Source of the DNA: an archaeon
GTDB taxonomy: Archaea > AGJL01 > Methanococci > Methanococcales > Methanocaldococcaceae
Direction of reading: 5' to 3'
Length of the DNA: 64,000 nt
Assembly: GCA_024278985.1 (NCBI GenBank)
Contig: JAJRSC010000014.1
Coordinates: 14,366-78,365 of the forward strand
Each line of letters opens with the position of its first letter. Within the stretch, counting starts at the first letter, position 1. Of this stretch, positions 60,567 through 64,000 are shown piece by piece. Under the pieces are notes generated by a model. That model did not search any database and was not told where the DNA came from. It worked only from the letters and a program-made list of their open reading frames with translations. A program made the translations under genes and the position numbers.

Positions 60567-62332
60567 TAACTTTTCTCCTCTATATTTTTTTCTGAAATAT
60601 TTTTAAACTTTATAGATTTTGGTTGAGGTTCTACTCTCTCAGGATAGACGAATTCAGTTATTTTTCCTCCTGGTGGAACCATTGGTAATGCTTCTGCAGG
60701 GTCTATAACAACATCTAATAAATAAGGTTCTCCACTTAAAATGGCATCTCTTAATTTTTCTTTAATTTCATCTGGAGAGGTTATTCTATCTGCTTTAATA
60801 CCATAACTTTCAGCTAATTTAACAAAATCAGGACTTTCTCCTAAATGTACCTGACTCTGTCTTTTTCCATAATATAAGTTTTGCCATTGATAGACCATTC
60901 CTAAAGTTCTATTATCAAATATACATATTACTATTGGAATATCATACTCCCTAATTGTTGCTAATTCTTGGGAGTTCATTAAAAAGCCACCATCTCCAGT
61001 TACACAAATAACATTTTTATATGGTTTAGCTATCTTAGCCCCTATTCCTGCTGGAAAACCAAATCCCATAGTTCCTAATCCACCAGAGGATATAAAACTT
61101 CTTGGAGATAAAACTTTAAAGTAATGTGCCATCCACATTTGATTTTGTCCAACATCTGTGGTTATAATAGTATTTTTTAAATTGCTATCAATTTCTTTTA
61201 AAACTTCTCTTAGTTCTTTAACAAATTTTTGAGGTTTTATTGGCTTATCATTAAAGTCCATTAATGGAATAGATATTTTTTGAAGATACTTTATTCTACT
61301 TAACCAGTCTTCTCTATTTTTTATTTTTATTGTATTAATAAGATTTAACATATCATTTAAAACATTTTTAGCATCTCCAACTATTGGAATATCTACTCTA
61401 ACATTTTTTCCTATTTCAGCAGGGTCAATATCAATATGTATTATTTTTGCATCTGGAGCAAAACTATTAATATCTCCAGTAACTCTATCAGAAAATCTAC
61501 AGCCAATAGCTATTAAAACATCAGATTCATTTATTGCATAATTTGCTGCTTTAGTTCCATGCATTCCTGCCATTCCTAAAGAAAGAGGATGTTCTTCTGG
61601 GAAACAACCTTTACCCATTAAAGTAGTTGCAACAGGAATTTTTAAAATTTCAGCAAATAATAATAATTCATTATATGCCTGACTTAATATAACTCCTCCC
61701 CCAGCCAAAATAACTGGTCTCTCAGATTCTTCTATTAATTTCATTGCCTTTTTTATTTGTAAAGGGTGACCTTTAGTTTTTGGTTTATAACCTGGAAGGT
61801 CAATTTTTGCAGGAATTGGATACTTTTCTATATCAAACTCTGCAGTTTGTATATCTTTTGGAAGGTCAATATGAACAGGTCCAGGTCTTCCAGTAGTAGC
61901 AATTTCAAAACTTGCTCTTATAACTTCTGGAATTTCCTCAACCTTCTTTATTTGATAGTTATGTTTAGTTATAGGCATAAATATTCCTAAGGCATCAATC
62001 TCTTGAAATGCATCATTACCTATTAATTTGGTTGGAACTTGTCCTGTTATAGCAATTACTGGGGAAGAATCTGCATAAGCAGTTGCTATTCCAGTTACTA
62101 AATTAGTAGCTCCTGGCCCAGATGTTGAAACACAAACTCCTGCCTTTCCTGATGCTCTTGCGTATCCCTCTTCTGCATGGGCTGCTGCTTGTTCATGTCT
62201 TGTTAATATATGAATTAAATCACTTTCATATAGGGCATCATAAAATGGTAACATTGCTCCTCCAGGATATCCAAATATTATATCAACTCCTTCAGCTTTT
62301 AATGCTTTAATAATTGCTTCAGCTCCTTTCAA
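60563..62332 (-). CDS. ilvB: Acetolactate synthase large subunit
   Basis: FGYPGG, RHEQ, SGPGATN, FQE, GDGGF. Confidence 0.95.
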   Translation of the reverse strand: MKGAEAIIKALKAEGVDIIFGYPGGAMLPFYDALYESDLIHILTRHEQAAAHAEEGYARASGKAGVCVSTSGPGATNLVTGIATAYADSSPVIAITGQVPTKLIGNDAFQEIDALGIFMPITKHNYQIKKVEEIPEVIRASFEIATTGRPGPVHIDLPKDIQTAEFDIEKYPIPAKIDLPGYKPKTKGHPLQIKKAMKLIEESERPVILAGGGVILSQAYNELLLFAEILKIPVATTLMGKGCFPEEHPLSLGMAGMHGTKAANYAINESDVLIAIGCRFSDRVTGDINSFAPDAKIIHIDIDPAEIGKNVRVDIPIVGDAKNVLNDMLNLINTIKIKNREDWLSRIKYLQKISIPLMDFNDKPIKPQKFVKELREVLKEIDSNLKNTIITTDVGQNQMWMAHYFKVLSPRSFISSGGLGTMGFGFPAGIGAKIAKPYKNVICVTGDGGFLMNSQELATIREYDIPIVICIFDNRTLGMVYQWQNLYYGKRQSQVHLGESPDFVKLAESYGIKADRITSPDEIKEKLRDAILSGEPYLLDVVIDPAEALPMVPPGGKITEFVYPERVEPQPKSIKFKNISEKNIEEKSY

Positions 62333-62454
62333 ATACTATCACCTATAATTGTGAAATGTAAAAATATTTATTTAAGGAATGATAATTATATTTCTTAAAC
62401 TTTTTTTATATTTTTATTTTATATATTAAAATCTATTTTAGAGGTTGGTATTGT

Positions 62455-63312
62455 ATGATTTTATTAGATGAAAACACCAGAGCTATTGTTCAAGGAATAA
62501 CAGGAAAACAGGGGAGTTTTCATACTAAAAAAATGTTAGAGGCTGGGACTAAGATAGTTGGAGGAGTAACTCCTGGAAAAGGTGGAAAAGAAGTTCATGG
62601 AGTTAAAGTATATGATACAGTAAAAGAAGCTGTAAAAGAAACTGATGCCAATGCTTCAGTTATTTTTGTTCCTGCACCTTTTGCTAAGGATGCTGTATTT
62701 GAGGCAATGAACTATTTAGATTTAATTGTTGTAATAACTGAACATATTCCAGTCCATGACACAATGGAATTTATTAACTATGCGGAGGAGTTAGGGGTTA
62801 AAATAATAGGCCCAAACACTCCTGGAATTACCTCTCCAAAAGTAGGGAAATTGGGAATAATTCCAATGGAAGTTTTAAAGGAGGGTAATGTTGGAATAGT
62901 ATCAAGAAGTGGGACATTAACTTATGAGATAGCCAATCAACTAAAAATAAATGATATTGGAGTATCTACATGTGTAGGAATTGGTGGAGACCCAATAATT
63001 GGTTTAGGATTTAAAGAAATTTTAAATTTGTTTGAAAAAGATAAAGATACAGATGCTATTGTTATGGTTGGGGAAATTGGTGGTTCTTTAGAAGAGGAAG
63101 CTGCTAAGTATATAAAAAAGATGAAAAAGCCAGTTGTTGGATATATTGCAGGAAAATCTGCCCCAAAAGGTAAAAGAATGGGACATGCAGGGGCAATAAT
63201 AGAAAAAGGAAAAGGAACAGCTGAAAGTAAAATAAGAGCATTAAAAGAGGCAGGTGTATATGTAGCAGAGAACATTAATGATATTCCAAATATATTAAAA
63301 GAAATCTTATAA
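62455..63312 (+). CDS. sucD: Succinyl-CoA synthetase alpha subunit
   Basis: [31 protein letters not shown]. Confidence 0.95.
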   Translation: MILLDENTRAIVQGITGKQGSFHTKKMLEAGTKIVGGVTPGKGGKEVHGVKVYDTVKEAVKETDANASVIFVPAPFAKDAVFEAMNYLDLIVVITEHIPVHDTMEFINYAEELGVKIIGPNTPGITSPKVGKLGIIPMEVLKEGNVGIVSRSGTLTYEIANQLKINDIGVSTCVGIGGDPIIGLGFKEILNLFEKDKDTDAIVMVGEIGGSLEEEAAKYIKKMKKPVVGYIAGKSAPKGKRMGHAGAIIEKGKGTAESKIRALKEAGVYVAENINDIPNILKEIL

Positions 63313-63356
63313 TAATTATAAAATTATTTTTTAAAAATTAATTTAAGGTTTTTTAT

Positions 63357-64000
63357 ATGGTTATGATTGATTTAAAAGGAGAACCAGGAGTTAATTGTAA
63401 TGGATTTTGTAAATTTTGCTATTTTAGAAAAGTAGATAAAAAAAATATTTATCCTTTTGGATGTAAATATTGCCAATTTACTGTTGGATGTGATTACTGT
63501 ACTTATTCTATTAGGGAAATTAATGGGGATTTTATTCCTCTACCTTTAGCAATTATGAACTTACAAAGTTCTTTAATGTTTAATAGAAGTAAGAGAGTAA
63601 CAATATCAGGAGGGGGAGATATTAGTTGTTATCCTAACTTGATAGAGTTGTGTAAGATAATAGATAATTATGGTTTAGATATACATCTTGGTTATACCTC
63701 CGGAAAAGGATTTTCTAATCCAGATATTGCTAAAAAATTAGTTGAATATGGTGTTAAAGAAGTATCTTTTTCTGTTTTTTCAACAAATCCAAAGTTAAGA
63801 AAAGAATGGATGAATGATAAAAATGCTGTTCCTGCTCTTGAAGCATTAAAATATTTTTGTGAAAATTGTGAAGTTCATTGTGCTATAATAGTAATTCCAG
63901 GAGTTAATGATGGAAATGAATTAAAAAGAACTATTAATGATTTAGTTGAATGGGGGGCTAAAGCAGTTATATTAATGAGATTTGCAAATACTGAAGAACA
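63357..64000 (+). CDS. mmp10: Methyl-coenzyme M reductase arginine methyltransferase Mmp10 (radical SAM; runs off the window, not in the ORF track)
   Basis: [23 protein letters not shown]...GCKYC...GCDYC...ISGGGD..CYP...HLGYTSGKG...LMRFAN. Confidence 0.88.
   Translation, partial: MVMIDLKGEPGVNCNGFCKFCYFRKVDKKNIYPFGCKYCQFTVGCDYCTYSIREINGDFIPLPLAIMNLQSSLMFNRSKRVTISGGGDISCYPNLIELCKIIDNYGLDIHLGYTSGKGFSNPDIAKKLVEYGVKEVSFSVFSTNPKLRKEWMNDKNAVPALEALKYFCENCEVHCAIIVIPGVNDGNELKRTINDLVEWGAKAVILMRFANTEE

Overview
AT-rich, CG-poor, gene-dense window from a hyperthermophilic methanogen of the Methanocaldococcus type (genus inferred from fwdB, cfbD, comADE, mmp10, PolD DP1, Tes, FlaK and Ptr2-like genes; MJ numbers below are recalled M. 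jannaschii homologues, not search results). Most of it is housekeeping, plus one tRNA-Ile(GAU). Four accessory or eroding regions stand out. (1) 18.3-25.8 kb: a type I R-M operon with a wHTH-fused HsdM, an extra PD-(D/E)xK nuclease, a direct-repeat-flanked MNT/dead-HEPN cassette and in-frame TAA stops in hsdM and hsdR. (2) 33-36.2 kb: TupABC and two duplicated class III signal-peptide pilins, each with candidate palindromic operators. (3) 46.3-49.9 kb: a partly decayed uncharacterised operon (double-cubane/dehydratase-like remnant, TIM-barrel, 3-Cys PP-loop enzyme, alkaline-phosphatase-superfamily enzyme, DUF3343 fused to an apparent IscU-like domain) directly upstream of sufCB. This is the best candidate for an undescribed Fe-S-dependent S/Se-insertion pathway. 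(4) 55.7-58.3 kb: an oxidative-stress cluster with a truncated superoxide reductase and a frameshifted rubredoxin-like gene. No CRISPR array, rRNA or transposase was seen.
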